Shown here: positions 51,583 through 64,000 of the stretch, one piece after another
Numbering within the stretch: position 1 is the stretch's first letter
Layout of the letters: each line of letters opens with the position of its first letter
Origin: Trichoplax sp. H2
Lineage: Eukaryota
DNA: 64,000 bases
Direction of reading: 5' to 3'
NCBI GenBank assembly: GCA_003344405.1
Contig: NOWV01000011.1
Location: 930,001-994,000 of the forward strand
Made by a program: the position numbers and the translations under genes
Notes under the pieces: model-generated
Seen by the model: only the letters and a program-made list of their open reading frames with translations
Databases searched by the model: none
What the model was told of the DNA's origin: nothing

Positions 51583-53614
51583 AATGCTAATGGTACAGTC
51601 CTATACTGCAAGTAATTTAGGCTAGGCAGGAGAGTGATTCAATTCGTAAAACTTTGAGTAGTGTCACATGGTACGAGCTAGCTAATTTCAATATTGAATG
51701 ATTTGAATCTAAAGTACGGAGAATAGGCGTGAAATCATTGGAAAAATCAATGATAAATTTCCAATCTTTGCAAATGATCGCGATACGTTATCGTATCGAT
51801 TTTTACTATAGATCGCTTCAGAACTTGCCAATTTTCGATCCTATTATCAGTTCAATTCAATCATTTTGTCTATAAGATATTATCTAACGTAGTAAAATAC
51901 TACAGCTGAGTCGGCAATCGCTAATCATATATCCAAGTCATTGTAAAAGTTGCATAAATCGGCAAGATATCGACGATTTTAAAACGAAAAACGACCGAAC
52001 GTATGAAAATGGATTATCGATCATGCCTAATAATACTGGTATACTGTAGAAGCTTCAGAAAAAAAAAGCAGCAGCTTGCCTACTACAGTAGCATAGTAAG
52101 TTGTAGAGAACCGTAGTATCATCGGCCACAGATGGAGAAAAGATCCAATGTAGTTGAACGTTTTATATCCTATCTCGTAGTGCGCGTATTGATATCGAAA
52201 TGGTCAATTCTACTTTCAAACTCTCCTTCTAAAATGACATGAACTCACGACACTATTCTATGGATGAGAAAGGAAGCGAGAATGAACCAATCCAAGTAAT
52301 AGGACAATTTCATTAGCATACGTATTTTAAAAATTAAAAAGAGATGTATAGTATTCACCTCCAAGACATGCTATCAAATTAAACCTGGAGCTATTTGAAA
52401 AGCCTAAAAGTTAGCGATGTTTTGGACAATGTTCGAAAAGTAAACTTTCGCGACGACAATTGAAATAATAATACGTAAGATCATCAACGTATTGTAAACT
52501 AATCATAATGCGGGTGTTAAAGGAAATAGTAGCATGGAAGAAAGAGAGGCTTTGATGTCTTTTGTAACTCTTTGGCTTTGAATAATCTGCTCTAATTTGG
52601 ACACAATGCAAAACGTAATCGTTAATTAGCCGTTTGCTTAATATATTAACCAAAAACAATGGCTAAAAAGCATCATTCCTGCGTGATTTAGAAAAGTGAA
52701 AAAAGCAAACAAACGCAATAGGTACTGATACTTTCGCTCAACTATTCAAATAGTGTAAGCACCCAATATTAGCTATTTCAATGATGGACTGCAGTAGGAG
52801 AAAAGTCTATTCATTTTTATTTAAGAAGGATTATTCATCACCCATACAGTCTTTCATAACCTACAAACTACAGTATGTCTTCGTCTTATCCCAGCATTTA
52901 ATAAACGTAGAAGACCACTATAATTTTTCATGTATTTACGTTATGATCAAGCACTCCTTCACTTGATGTGTTCGCTGCATGGATGACATTATTACTATTA
53001 ACTTGCAAAGCATTATTTTAACGTTTATCCCTAGTCAAGTGCATTGCTGTGAAAAACTTTTACTGAGACATTATTTCAATACGTATACATTATCATAAAT
53101 TAACGTAACAGAGATGTATTTACGTACTATAGGAGTATCGATCATCAGCGATTTCTCGATGAAAATCAATTTTATAAAAAATGAGAAAAAGAGAAGGAAC
53201 GGAAACGAACTTACAGTACTGTACAAACAATGTAGAAGCTGATATTTTTTGACTGTATTATAAAATTGAATTTTTATCGAAAAATTCCTGATATTAACGT
53301 GATTTTAATACTATATTAATAAGAAAAAAAAGAAGCAAGACAACGTAGTGAGTGTTAACCAGCTTCTCAAGTCATGCTGGAATTTCTTATCGGTATAAAC
53401 TTGGATAGTGTGCTAGTTGATCATAAGCGCACATCGTCATCAACTAGCTAATACTGGAAAATGATTGTCAAAGTGATTCCGATATGATAATAACATGACA
53501 AGGCCAGAACATGATTCAAGGTGTAATAAAATACTTCTTGATGCATATCATAAACATACGACAAGAGATGAAAGAAATTGATATGTGTGCATTCTATCCT
53601 TTGCTATTTTTTTT

Positions 53615-54530
53615 TTACAGTCGAGTTATTCTATCTTTGTCAACTATAGGTGAAGAGAAAACTGTTACAGCATTGATCCTTGCTGTTTCATTTCTTACAT
53701 TGCAAAAGCATAGTTGTGCGGATGAAAGTTTCAATGAATTGGATTTTAATTTCAAACGTTGTAATATCCCTTGTGCGTACAAGATTTCTCTACTCTGGAC
53801 GACTAACTTGAATAAAATATCACCGTTCGAATTCAAATACTAGTTAAAGCATGGCATTGAAGTGATACAGCGAATTGCTTACTATTATTGTTGGTAACGG
53901 CAATTTAATCGGTAGTACACGAGTGTCGCCATCCTCCTTTTACAAGGTACATAAACAAGCTCCGGTGTCGTCATGTTGATGTGATGTATTTGGTTGCCCA
54001 AAAATAATATCGAACTATTGCATTCTCTCGACACCAGATTGGATTTCTATTCATTCTGCTCTAGCGTAGACAAGATTAATTAAGCAACAATGGCTGTAAG
54101 CCATACGTATCACTCTTACTCTTGTAGACATGGCATTCAAGTAGTTTGTCGATGACCGATCAAGAAAGTCAAAGCATGCTTTTAGCCAAATCATACGATA
54201 CACCAGGGCAAAAGGAATATATCCAGAAAATAAACTAATACTGCACGCATCAATAGACACAAATGAATCCAATAAGAAATAAAATTAATGTGTTGCTAAC
54301 TATTTCAAGATTGTCTTGTCTAGCACTGGCAGCAATGATTGTGGTTCAAAACGCCATGGTTTTTTCTACCTTGATCTTCTTGGTACTTTTAGTGATCTCC
54401 ATTTACAAAGACTAAGTAAAGTTCAATTGATAGTTTACACTCCAATTTCCATTAGTTTTCCATTTTGATCACATTGTAGGCATACCGAAGCTAAAATCGA
54501 TTAACTACTGTAGACATGGTGATCGTACCG
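53615..54530 (-). mobile_element. Decayed non-LTR retrotransposon RT/thumb remnant
   Basis: Ordered minus-strand fragments LRYAYNV (degenerate YADD context), CKWRSL..KIKVEK, IWCRENAIVRYYFW, TPELVYVP, PIKLPLP resemble invertebrate non-LTR RT C-terminal halves. Many stops; pattern recall only. Confidence 0.3.
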
Positions 54531-54736
54531 CTACCAAGGTAAATATTAGTAGCAATGAGTTCTAGTGAATTAGTCAATGTTTGAGGAATTTCTCAACATG
54601 ATCCATGGTTTTGATCGTTGTAATAGAAATATTAACATTTCTGTAAGAACGATAGCGATCAAAACCGTTGACAATACAGCAAATTTTTTCAACATCGTAT
54701 CGGCACTTGTTAGTCCCTATCGCTCTCTTCAAACGA

Positions 54737-55273
54737 TGGTCTAGCTAGGCCGTAGATAACAGTTAGAGTAGATTAATTTTAATTCAAATTGATTGTACCC
54801 ATCTCTCCGTTTGCTTTCAAGGTTTCGATCCTATTGCCAGTAGCCCTGATTTAGCAGGCAACATGATATACCAGTATTGTAAAGTAGAAGGCAGGCTTTA
54901 TTACTGAAGAAGAAGTCAATTTAATCGATACTAGATTTAGGCGTATTCACTAAGATCGCTAGTCAAGATTGAACGGTTAGATAAAGGTCTCGCGTATCTC
55001 TATTTGGTCTAGCTAGGCTGTAGATAACAGTTAGAATAGATTAATTTAATTCAAATTGATTGTACCCATCTCTCCCATTTGCTTTCAAAGTTTCCATCCA
55101 ATTGCCAGTGCCCCTGATTTAGCAAACAACATGATATACCAGTATTGTAAAGTAGAAGGCAGGCATTATTACTGAAGAAGAAGTCAATCTGATCGATACT
55201 AGATTTAGGCGTATCCACTACGATTGCTAGTCAAGATTGAACGGTTAGATGAAGGTCTCGCGTATCTCTATTT
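54737..55273. repeat. Tandem duplication, 2 x ~268 bp
   Basis: TGGTCTAGCTAGGC.GTAGATAACAGTTAGA...AAGGTCTCGCGTATCTCTATTT present twice, head to tail. Confidence 0.93.
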
Positions 55274-56668
55274 AGGCTGGAAGATGGCCTAGCAGTTGTC
55301 CATTTTGTTCACATGGCGAGTATACTTTACCCTAGTACTATTCGATAGACAGCTCGATCGTGTAAAGCTACAAAGGCAAGCAGGAGTAGAAATGGGTCAA
55401 GACGATCAATCTCCAACCTAATACGGCTGGTCCACAGATCATAGTTGGATTCATTTAAAATCCAATTGAGTTGATGCTCATCTCTGTTTGCTTAAGCCTT
55501 AAGTTTTCACTAGTTTTTTTCCAGTTGGTTCATCTTGTAAGCACATACTGTCCCATTCAATTGTAGGATAGCATAAAGTAGAAAGGCAGACATTAGTAGC
55601 AATGAGTGATAGCAAAATAGTCAATACGTGGACGTCAATAGTGTCTGCATAGACGATACTCCTTTAAATGGGTAAAATGTTCAATTACAAACGTAGAAAA
55701 TAGTCCAAGAATTATCGCTTTAATAGCCCCTCCATTAATGTAGAAGATTGGTAGCATCGACTTGACTATTCGATAGCATGGAATACTAAAAAAGAAGGAT
55801 GATTTGCTAGTTTGGATTTAAACTATGTATGGATTATTGCAGTCTATCAGGGGATGAAGGTGCAATATGGACCAAAGTAAACGATACTCTTTCTCAGACA
55901 GTAAAATGCATGTATTACCTCGATTTTCAGCTACAACCAAGATACAGGCATGGATACCTTGACAGTTGAACAAGAACTACCAATCTACAAGTAGAAAGAA
56001 GCGTTGGGTGCTTGAATGATGAAGAAGTTGGAAAATACCAGCATAAGATTAACAGCCTGGAATCCACTGCAAGTGCTGCCTAATGTCGCCTCATTCAGCC
56101 TTTCCCCTCTATGGTAAAGAGCGATTGCACCCTGGTGTATTAACTGATAGTCAAGTCTAAGTACTACCACCCAGACGACAGTACTAGCGTAGGCTAATCG
56201 CGATATACAAAGTACAATATAGCAACGTATGTCCACATTGGACACTATACAGCAATGGACTTCCTTCGCTGGCATGCTCGCTTTCAATGAATATTGGCTT
56301 TCTGATCGTAGGGTTGCGTCGATTACCTTTCTTCTTTTCCATAGGATTAGTAGAGCATAGGATAATGAATTTGTAGCTTGCAAATCATGCTATACAGTAG
56401 TATAGAGAAGAGCCTCGATAGTTAGACTGGCTTATTATTTTCGCCCTTGGAGTTTTGCTAGTTGCAATCCTTACTGGTGCTACCATCGATCAACTTTAGC
56501 GTATTTTTGAAGATAGTGTTGAAGATCGTTTACAAGTAAAGCAACGTACTTCAACTGAAATTTCTGATCGTCTACTAGCGAGTGATGCTGCTAGGGTAGG
56601 CTACACTGATTCCTCTTCTTTGGACGGCAACATCCACGTCGATCTATGCAAAGGTGGACGTCGATTTA

Positions 56669-57386
56669 TCGCATTGGAAGATCGTCAGCTTGGATGTTTT
56701 AAAAGTAGCAGCATTGGTGCTAAAAACTGAAATTTAGAGTAGCCACCAACTAGTGATTCAACTGTACTTTAGATAGCGATCGATATCGAATCCATATCGA
56801 TGCTTGTAGATCACATTGGAAGATCGTTTGCTTGGATGTACTAAGTGTAGCAGCATTGGTGCTAAAAGCTGAAATTTTACAGCAGCCACCGACTAAGTGA
56901 TTCAACCGCACTTTAGATAGCGATCGATATCTATACTTGTAGATCGCATTGGAAGATCGTTTGCTTGGATGTACTAATTGAAGCAGCATCGGTGCTAAAA
57001 GCTGAAATTTCACAGCAGCGAACTAGTGATTTAATTGTACTTTAGATATCGATTGATATCTAATCCATATCGATACTGGTAGATCGTATTGGAAGATCGT
57101 TTGCTTGCATGTACTAAGTCAAGCAACATTGGTGCTAAAAGCTGAAATTTCACAGTAGCTAACTAGTGATTTAACTGTACTTTAGATACCGATCGATATC
57201 GAATCCATATCTATACTTGTAGATCGCATTGGAAGATCGTTTGCTTGGATGTACTAAGTCAAGCAACATTGGTACTAAAAACTGAAATTTTAGAGCAGCC
57301 ACCGACTAGTGATTCAACTGCACTTTAGATAGCGATCGATATCGAATCCATATCTATAATTGTAGATCGCATTGGAAGATCGTTTG
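56669..57386. repeat. Tandem repeat, ~5 copies of a ~130-145 bp unit just upstream of the Thg1-like gene
   Basis: GCATTGGAAGATCGTTTGCTTGGATGTACTAAG...ATTGGTGCTAAAAGCTGAAATTT...CTAGTGATTCAACTGTACTTTAGATAGCGATCGATATCGAATCCATATC repeated. Confidence 0.93.
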
Positions 57387-57643
57387 ATAGTACAGTAGAT
57401 ACAATTATATTTAATGCAATTCGCGTATATAATCAATCGTTACAATTGAAGCATTCACAATTACGTGTATTGCTGCTGGAAGTGAAATTTCAGACTTTAC
57501 ACCGGCTAGGTAGGGATTTAGCTGGTGTAGGCTGTAGGATAAACGTATCCTGTACTTTGGATAGTAACATCAACATCCATGGCCTTGCTGTATGTACCGT
57601 ACTTTGATTTTGAATCTAGGATTAAAATAGCGACAGAACAACG

Positions 57644-59261
57644 ATGCATCGAATGATAAGTCGAAGTTATCGAAAATGGCCTCTGAAAGAAATCGGAAAT
57701 CGTATGAAAGATTATGAACGACAGATGGAATGGCAAGTACAGGCCAACCAATATTACATCATTCGTTTAGATGGTCATGCTTTTACTAAATATTGCCAAG
57801 GCTTAACTAAACCGTTTGATCATCGCATCTATCTGGCGTTGTTGCATACAGCTGCCGACCTCCTAAACAAATTTGGCTCGAGATCGGCATTCTGCTTCAG
57901 GTATCTCACTCTGTATTATAGCAAAGCTTCCATCTGCAGTTTGCACTCTATTTTGTAATGAATAGCAATTACCTAGCAGAAAAAGCAAGGAGTAGATATC
58001 AAACGCACATTGTGTACTGCCTTGCATAACTAATCCAGATGCACTATCTGTCTTTGATTACATACAAGGCTAGCCTTACATAAGTTGAATTAATAAACGA
58101 TGATGTCACTCATCATAATCATCAAACTACCGTACCATTAACTCGATAGCTTGAACAAATAGTAGTAAAATAACAACAACTTAGACTTACCTATGTACTA
58201 GAACAACAGATGCAATTATTATCCAACACCTACAAATATCATCCACAATGAACAGTTTAAATTGATGACAAATGACTAGCATCGAAATTGTCGACTAGTT
58301 GACAGCTTTGCTTATGCTCTTTAAATCTAAAATATGAATGAATACCACTGTAATTTTTATTTTCATTTTCTATAGTGATGAAATTTCCTTGGTGTTTGCA
58401 CCGACTGAACCATCCCAACGCTCCGATAGAGAAGGAGGCGAAGAAGGAATTATACACTATCAAGGTCGTACGATGAAATTGTGCTCTTTAACTGCTGGTA
58501 TGGCCTCTTCCCGTTTTAACTATTATATGAATATGCAGCAATTCAATGACACGATGGATGCCCTGACATTAGCTAGGATTCAAAGTCACCCAGCAATCTT
58601 TGATTCGCGCCTGTTTTGCTTACCAAATGCTGATGAAGTTGTCAAAAACATTTATTGGAGAGCTCATGATTGCTTAAGAAATTCTAAAATCTGTTAGTCT
58701 ATAAATATATTAATCATATGAATATATTCTTGTTAGTCTATTGAATTATTAAATTATTAGTCGGCTACAATTAGATCAGCAGAATTGATATTCGGTATAT
58801 ATGTATACGAGTACATAATCTTTATTAATAAGAAAAACGACATTTGTAGCTTCGGTAGAAATGTGCTATGGGTAACTTAAATTTGATTATTAATCAAAAC
58901 TAATAGTTTAATTATTGAATATTTTTAAGCATTTGCTCAACATCATGTATCAAGACAGTCATTACACCGTGTCAAAGCATCTGAGGCTATTAAATTAGTC
59001 AAAGACAAGAAAGGCATCAACTACTCGCTTGATACTCCGGATTGGTTTCGGTATGGCACTTTAATCAAGAAAATTTTGGTTGATCATGAAGGTATAAACG
59101 GAAAAACTGGAGAACCTGTCAAAGTAAAACGCTCGAGAATAGCATACGGTAGCATTAACTTTACGTCAAATCTCGCTAGTAATATAGAAGAGATATTACT
59201 AGCTAAGCATGCACCTACCGAGACCAAATTACAATTGCTAAAGCCGACATTAAGTCCGTGA
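57644..59261 (+). CDS. tRNA-His guanylyltransferase family 3'-5' polymerase, Thg1-like protein (TLP) type, ~301 aa. Exons 57644-57900, 58376-58692, 58930-59261
   Basis: Motifs GNRMKDYE, IIRLDGHAFT, KPFD, F|SDEISLVF, GRTMKLCSLTAGMAS, FDSR, WRAHDCLRNS, AQHH.S...LH, PDWFRYGT. Both introns are GT-AG and in frame. Confidence 0.92.
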
Positions 59262-61030
59262 TACTATAGAATATATTGATTAAATAATTGTTGCACCCTG
59301 AAAATCGTACGTCGTTTGCTTTGATCCAGTTGTAGGCTTTATTGCTACATTTTAACCTACAGTACATACGTCGTTTTTTCAATACGATGACATTCGTGTC
59401 ATCAATATTAGCTATTACTTACTGACCTGGCCTACTTCAATCATGGCCCATTGCACAGCTAAATGGTGGAAATTTCAACATAAAATCTCATAAAATCTGT
59501 AAAAAACTGCTGTAAATAATCACAATGACTAATCATTATTTTTGTAAAGACACAATGATTATCCCATGTATAGGTATTTACTGATGCAATTGTATTCGTA
59601 AATCCTCAATTAAATGCATACTTTTAAATAAATCGTTAAGCTTGTAAGGTAAGCGTCACGCCGACCCCTTATGCTGGAATGAACTTGCTCGTGTCATACT
59701 TAAGAGGGATATTCATGCACTACTAGACATAAACAGTTTGTTATTCTACGCAATAAACGTCATATCGTATTTCTATGTTCCCTACCATTCAAATCATTCG
59801 TGCTACTAAAGCGATTTACTACGTGGGTACATTAAATAGCTCACGATGTTAAATGCGATCTGTTTAATCCATCTTTCGCACGAGAAGTAGTAAATAATAA
59901 TGCTTGGCAAATTATGATTCATGAGAACAGTAAAGAAATTGAAAAGGCGATACTTATATGCGGCAGCGGAAATATCTTTTTCAAACTTTGATCAATCATT
60001 TCCGTGTTAAATCATAGTAAGTGCATTAATAATGATAACTACAAGTTACGTAAGAAGTGAAAAGCATTTATGTTAGAAATATACGATATTGTGACAATGA
60101 TCACCAGTACACGGATACTATTTTAACATATACAGTTCTCTAAATATCTGAATTCTATCATCAAAGGTTGCATATGATCAGACTCCTCTTAAAGAACTAT
60201 TTCGCCAGCAATATTGCCGCAGTGTAAACACAACTATCCACCCTACCATTACTGTTTCTATCTCTTCACATCTATCTACCCATTACGTCTATCAACTAGG
60301 GTACAATTATCGAATTCATAACACAATCAATCATTGAGAAATTTAAAGGATAGGTGAACTCAATATAATAGTATTCCATCAACGTATATCATAAATAGAC
60401 TACATTGATATAGATCCTAAGCACACTGTTCTACACAGTATACAGTACAGTAATTCTATGCACAACATTGGAATAAATCTAGTAATCAGGATAGATACGC
60501 TTATACACGTGATCTCATTTCTAGAAGGGGTTTTAATGGCCGAAATTGCAACTTGCAATATGGTTCCATTGAAAAACTCGTATGTTCAATTAAATCGACG
60601 ATTAATCATAGTGTTCTGTATAAAGTATTACAGGTTAGATATAAAATCCCAATCTAACTAAAAATTGACTATTTGCGCATACTTTATGTCATAATTTATT
60701 CTATTGGCGACAACGATACCAACTAAATTAGCAATTCACACGCCATCGATAATTCCAATGTTACCTGCTGTAACACTTCTCTTCACCAGTAGCATCGTTA
60801 GCTTAGATATTTACTAAGAATTGGTAATTCAATCAATCACTTCATGATTTCCAATATCGTGGATCCATGTGATGTAGCTGAAATCTCGAATTGTACTGAA
60901 GTCTAGAGATGAAGGCTGGCTTTTCATTGTCATTCACATACTTGTACACTATATCGATTACTGTTTTATAAAAGACTAGTTACTCTTTCAAAATTCACAT
61001 TTAAATCAAAACCTCTTATTATTACCTTTC

Positions 61031-62558
61031 ATGGATTTCGATTCCAAACCTCTATTTGGAGAGACACCGCCAAAAGTAAGTTTTAAGCATTATAATTTGC
61101 CAAATAATATAGCTAAACCCTAATTATTTTACGTCTTATAACTTGGGCGTCGACTTAAGATCACCCGATTCGTTAATCAAATGCATGGACCGGTCATTGA
61201 ATAAAATCAGATGAATAGAAATTATCATGCCATTGCATGTTAGAAATGATATTCATCTAATATTTTTGATGAGCTTTCTATAAATATAAATCTATTACGT
61301 GATTATGGTTATAATAGATTGTAAGGAGAAAGAGATATAATGCATCTATAATCCAATTCTACCGATTTTAATTCTACTTTTTGTAATAGACGAGCTCGAT
61401 ATATCTTTTGATTGACTTGATTCTCTCTATTATTTTCTATAGTATAAAGCTGTTCATTATGGAACATCTCTCTTTACAACAGCTGCTGTATTGGTAGGAG
61501 AAATTATAGCTACTGCAGCACTTTTGAATGCATAACACGTATATAGAAACAACTATCATAAATAGTGCTAACACATAAGTACAAAATCAGCCTGAATTCA
61601 TGCTATAATTAGTTACATAAGAAATAATTTTCCTCTCTAGTTTACTATGGTGTGCGTCTTTGCGATAAATTGGCCGCCTAAAGGTATCAATATCGTCTTT
61701 TTAGCAGCTATTGTTTTCCAGAGTATATCCCAAATAGTTATGGTGAGTCTGTTATGTAATGATAGCTACCAGTACTATTTGTTAGATTATTTACTTCATG
61801 AGTAAATTCTATCCAATCTATCATTTACTCTAATAAGGATGAAGTACTTTTTTTGAAACGAAACTTTACAAAAGTCATGATTGCGTTTGCTTTAGGGTTA
61901 TTCTTAACCAAACATTATACCCTATACGAAGAAATAACATTCTAAAATTTGTTTAGATTTTGGCCTAGGGGCTATATTACCGCACTACTATGCAGTCATT
62001 ACTAAAATAATTTTGGTAGTAATTCTGTCTTTATGTAGAAAATGTAACAGTCAAAAATTTCCCGATACTATAATAGCTAAAATTCTACAGATTATATTTA
62101 TTTATTGTATGCAGCTGATGGATTTTTATCGTACATATAGATAATGGATTGTGACAATTCTTCCGAATATCATTTACTATTTCTAACTTGAGCAATATGA
62201 CAATTCTTTAATTATACTGTATGGATTATATCTCTATAATTAGTAAGAAGTATTCTTTCTTACATACGTCCTATTAAAGCTAATAACGATTTTCAATCTA
62301 TACTGCAGTGAGATTCTGTATACTATATACTGTATTGTCTCGTTTTGCATATAGTTAATGATTGCAAAGGTTCCAATTTAGATGCAATAATTCTTAATCA
62401 TATTATTTTCGTCGCTAACTATTCGTAATCTTTAGATTCGTTGGTATCGTGAGGGTGACGTCGATCCGAAATTTTTAAAACTTATCTACTATAACACATT
62501 TGTACTGTTACTGTTTTGCTTCTCATGTAACTTGTACGCCTTTAATGTGAAATTTTAA
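61031..62558 (+). CDS. TMEM243: Transmembrane protein 243 (~106 aa). Exons 61031-61075, 61443-61493, 61641-61742, 62436-62558
   Basis: Spliced MDFDSKPLFGETPPK|YKAVH...|...WPPKGINIVF...|IRWYREGDVDPKFLKLIYY...CNLY matches TMEM243 motifs PLFGET, PPK.LNI, WYRQGDLEPKF. All introns are phase 0 GT-AG. Not in the ORF track. Confidence 0.9.
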
Positions 62559-64000
62559 ATTAAATGTAGAACCCGATTTGCTATAAAAGATCTATATATT
62601 ATTAGATGAAACGCTATAATAATTAATTCACCTAGAAAAAATGAATATGAAACAAAGTTACTACTGTTTCAGAATTAATTTTCACTTGTTTTAATATCTA
62701 CAGTAATGTGTAAAAACTGGTTTGCTTACAGATCATATTTATCAACATATTCCGTACTAATTCATGATAATATTGAGTAATCTATGACCATTTCCACACT
62801 CGTTTTAATATCTGATGTGTAAAAAGCTGGTCTACCGAAAAATTATCAATATATCTCATGCTACTTCATGGTAATAATTACTAGTCATGAGTATCGTTTA
62901 TTTTTAGATTCAGTTTACTTTATAATGTAAATGCAATAATGATAATAGTATTGCCTTATTATCATAATGAATTTGGACTTGTAAGCATACTCGTATAAAG
63001 ATCGCATAATCTTCAAAACTATCTTGAATTTTACAAATTTAATAGCTAGAACTTAACCCATTTAAATTCTAGAATATATCAGAATGCAAAGTCATGGATA
63101 ATTTGGATGTTTATGCTCAAACTTTGTTTATATATATCAATAGGATGTCATACTCTAGCTTCTACATTTTGTTTGCAATAAGCCCCATTTAATAGAGCAT
63201 ATTTGGGTAGCTGACATTGTATAATTAATTTTTAGAAAGATCGAAATTGTCTTTAATGTAACCCTGATGATTTAACTACAATCAGTTGATACAAACATAA
63301 TTATTGCTGCGATAGATAAAAGTTTCATAGTATAAAATATTACACTATTTATTCGCTATAAAATTGATGAAAGCCCGCTTTCGCCAAAGTTGTCATTACA
63401 TTTGTTACAAAGATAGACAAAATTTATCTTAAATAAAACTTGACCATATTAAATTATACATAACTGCGAAAATAAAATGACATCCAAGCGTATTACAGAA
63501 TTTGTTTTGCTAAAGTCTTTTGGTCTATATTCAACACAGCAACAATAAGCATATAATTATTAAAGCTAAAATAATATACAGTATCACCATAAGGATGATT
63601 AAAAATTTTGATTCTGCTAATAAGACCGTTATCAGACATGTAATTATGATATATTTACAATATACATGGTATAGTCTTTACTTGCCCTCATGTCTCATGT
63701 CTCCCTATACTTACCCTCATGCCTTCATGTATTCAAAATTACAGAAATAATTTAAAAAAAACTCAAAGTATCCTTCAGGCAAGTCACAAGATATAATAAC
63801 TACAAATATTTCCTATTCTGACATTAGAGACCAACGTACATACACTAGTTAAATAAATAAAATTGTATTGTATACGGTCATAAGCATGGTATCTGTCACA
63901 TTTGTTAAATCACCTTTATTATGATAGCTAACTTTATCTTCTTTGGTTATAAATCAAGCTTGATTGTATTGGCTTTCTAATGTATGGTCATCAGTGGTAC

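Noticed and set aside
55985-56383. 132-aa ORF on the minus strand
   Set aside because: Non-ATG start, and no recognisable motif or splice support.
56428-56730. Plus-strand frame with a signal-peptide-like stretch (LIIFALGVLLVAILTGA) and a GRR site, resembling a peptide precursor
   Set aside because: No in-frame ATG, an internal stop, no repeated peptide units, and it runs into the tandem repeat.
61969-62015. Possible extra TMEM243 exon (cctag|GGG...TTG|gtagta)
   Set aside because: It contains an in-frame stop, and homology is complete without it.
1598-63750. Numerous 60-110 aa ORFs in introns, in repeats or antisense to real exons (e.g. 1598-1825, 3457-3714, 6739-6930, 12798-13097, 22168-22374, 40675-40938, 63520-63750)
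   Set aside because: They have no motifs, and their composition is typical of chance ORFs in AT-rich DNA or shadows of genuine genes.

Overview
AT-rich, intron-containing eukaryotic DNA from a compact animal genome. A placozoan such as Trichoplax is my best guess; this is inference from base composition, short GT-AG introns and gene content. Manually spliced genes, left to right: 5-aminolevulinate synthase (ALAS, +, 8 coding exons), CCDC115/VMA22 (-, first intron GC-AG), BORCS6 (+), a nearly intronless VLCAD (ACADVL, -) with a damaged C-terminus, a frameshifted bacterial-type Rpn/PD-(D/E)XK nuclease gene (-), an eIF4G N-terminal fragment (-), a bacterial-type Thg1-like 3'-5' polymerase with introns (+), and TMEM243 (+). 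The main feature is a ~29 kb minus-strand tandem array (19.7-48.3 kb) of an uncharacterised family. The ~250 aa and ~570-600 aa ORFs in the track are two exons of one gene joined by a conserved phase-2 intron. Each intact copy encodes an ~800-830 aa protein with a signal peptide, a Cys-rich ectodomain and about 8-10 TM segments. Three copies are intact and four are pseudogenes or fragments, two of them absent from the ORF track. Also present: several 55-270 bp tandem repeats, a Helitron-like 3' end, decayed non-LTR remnants, and a 20-N gap flanked by a probable haplotype duplication.
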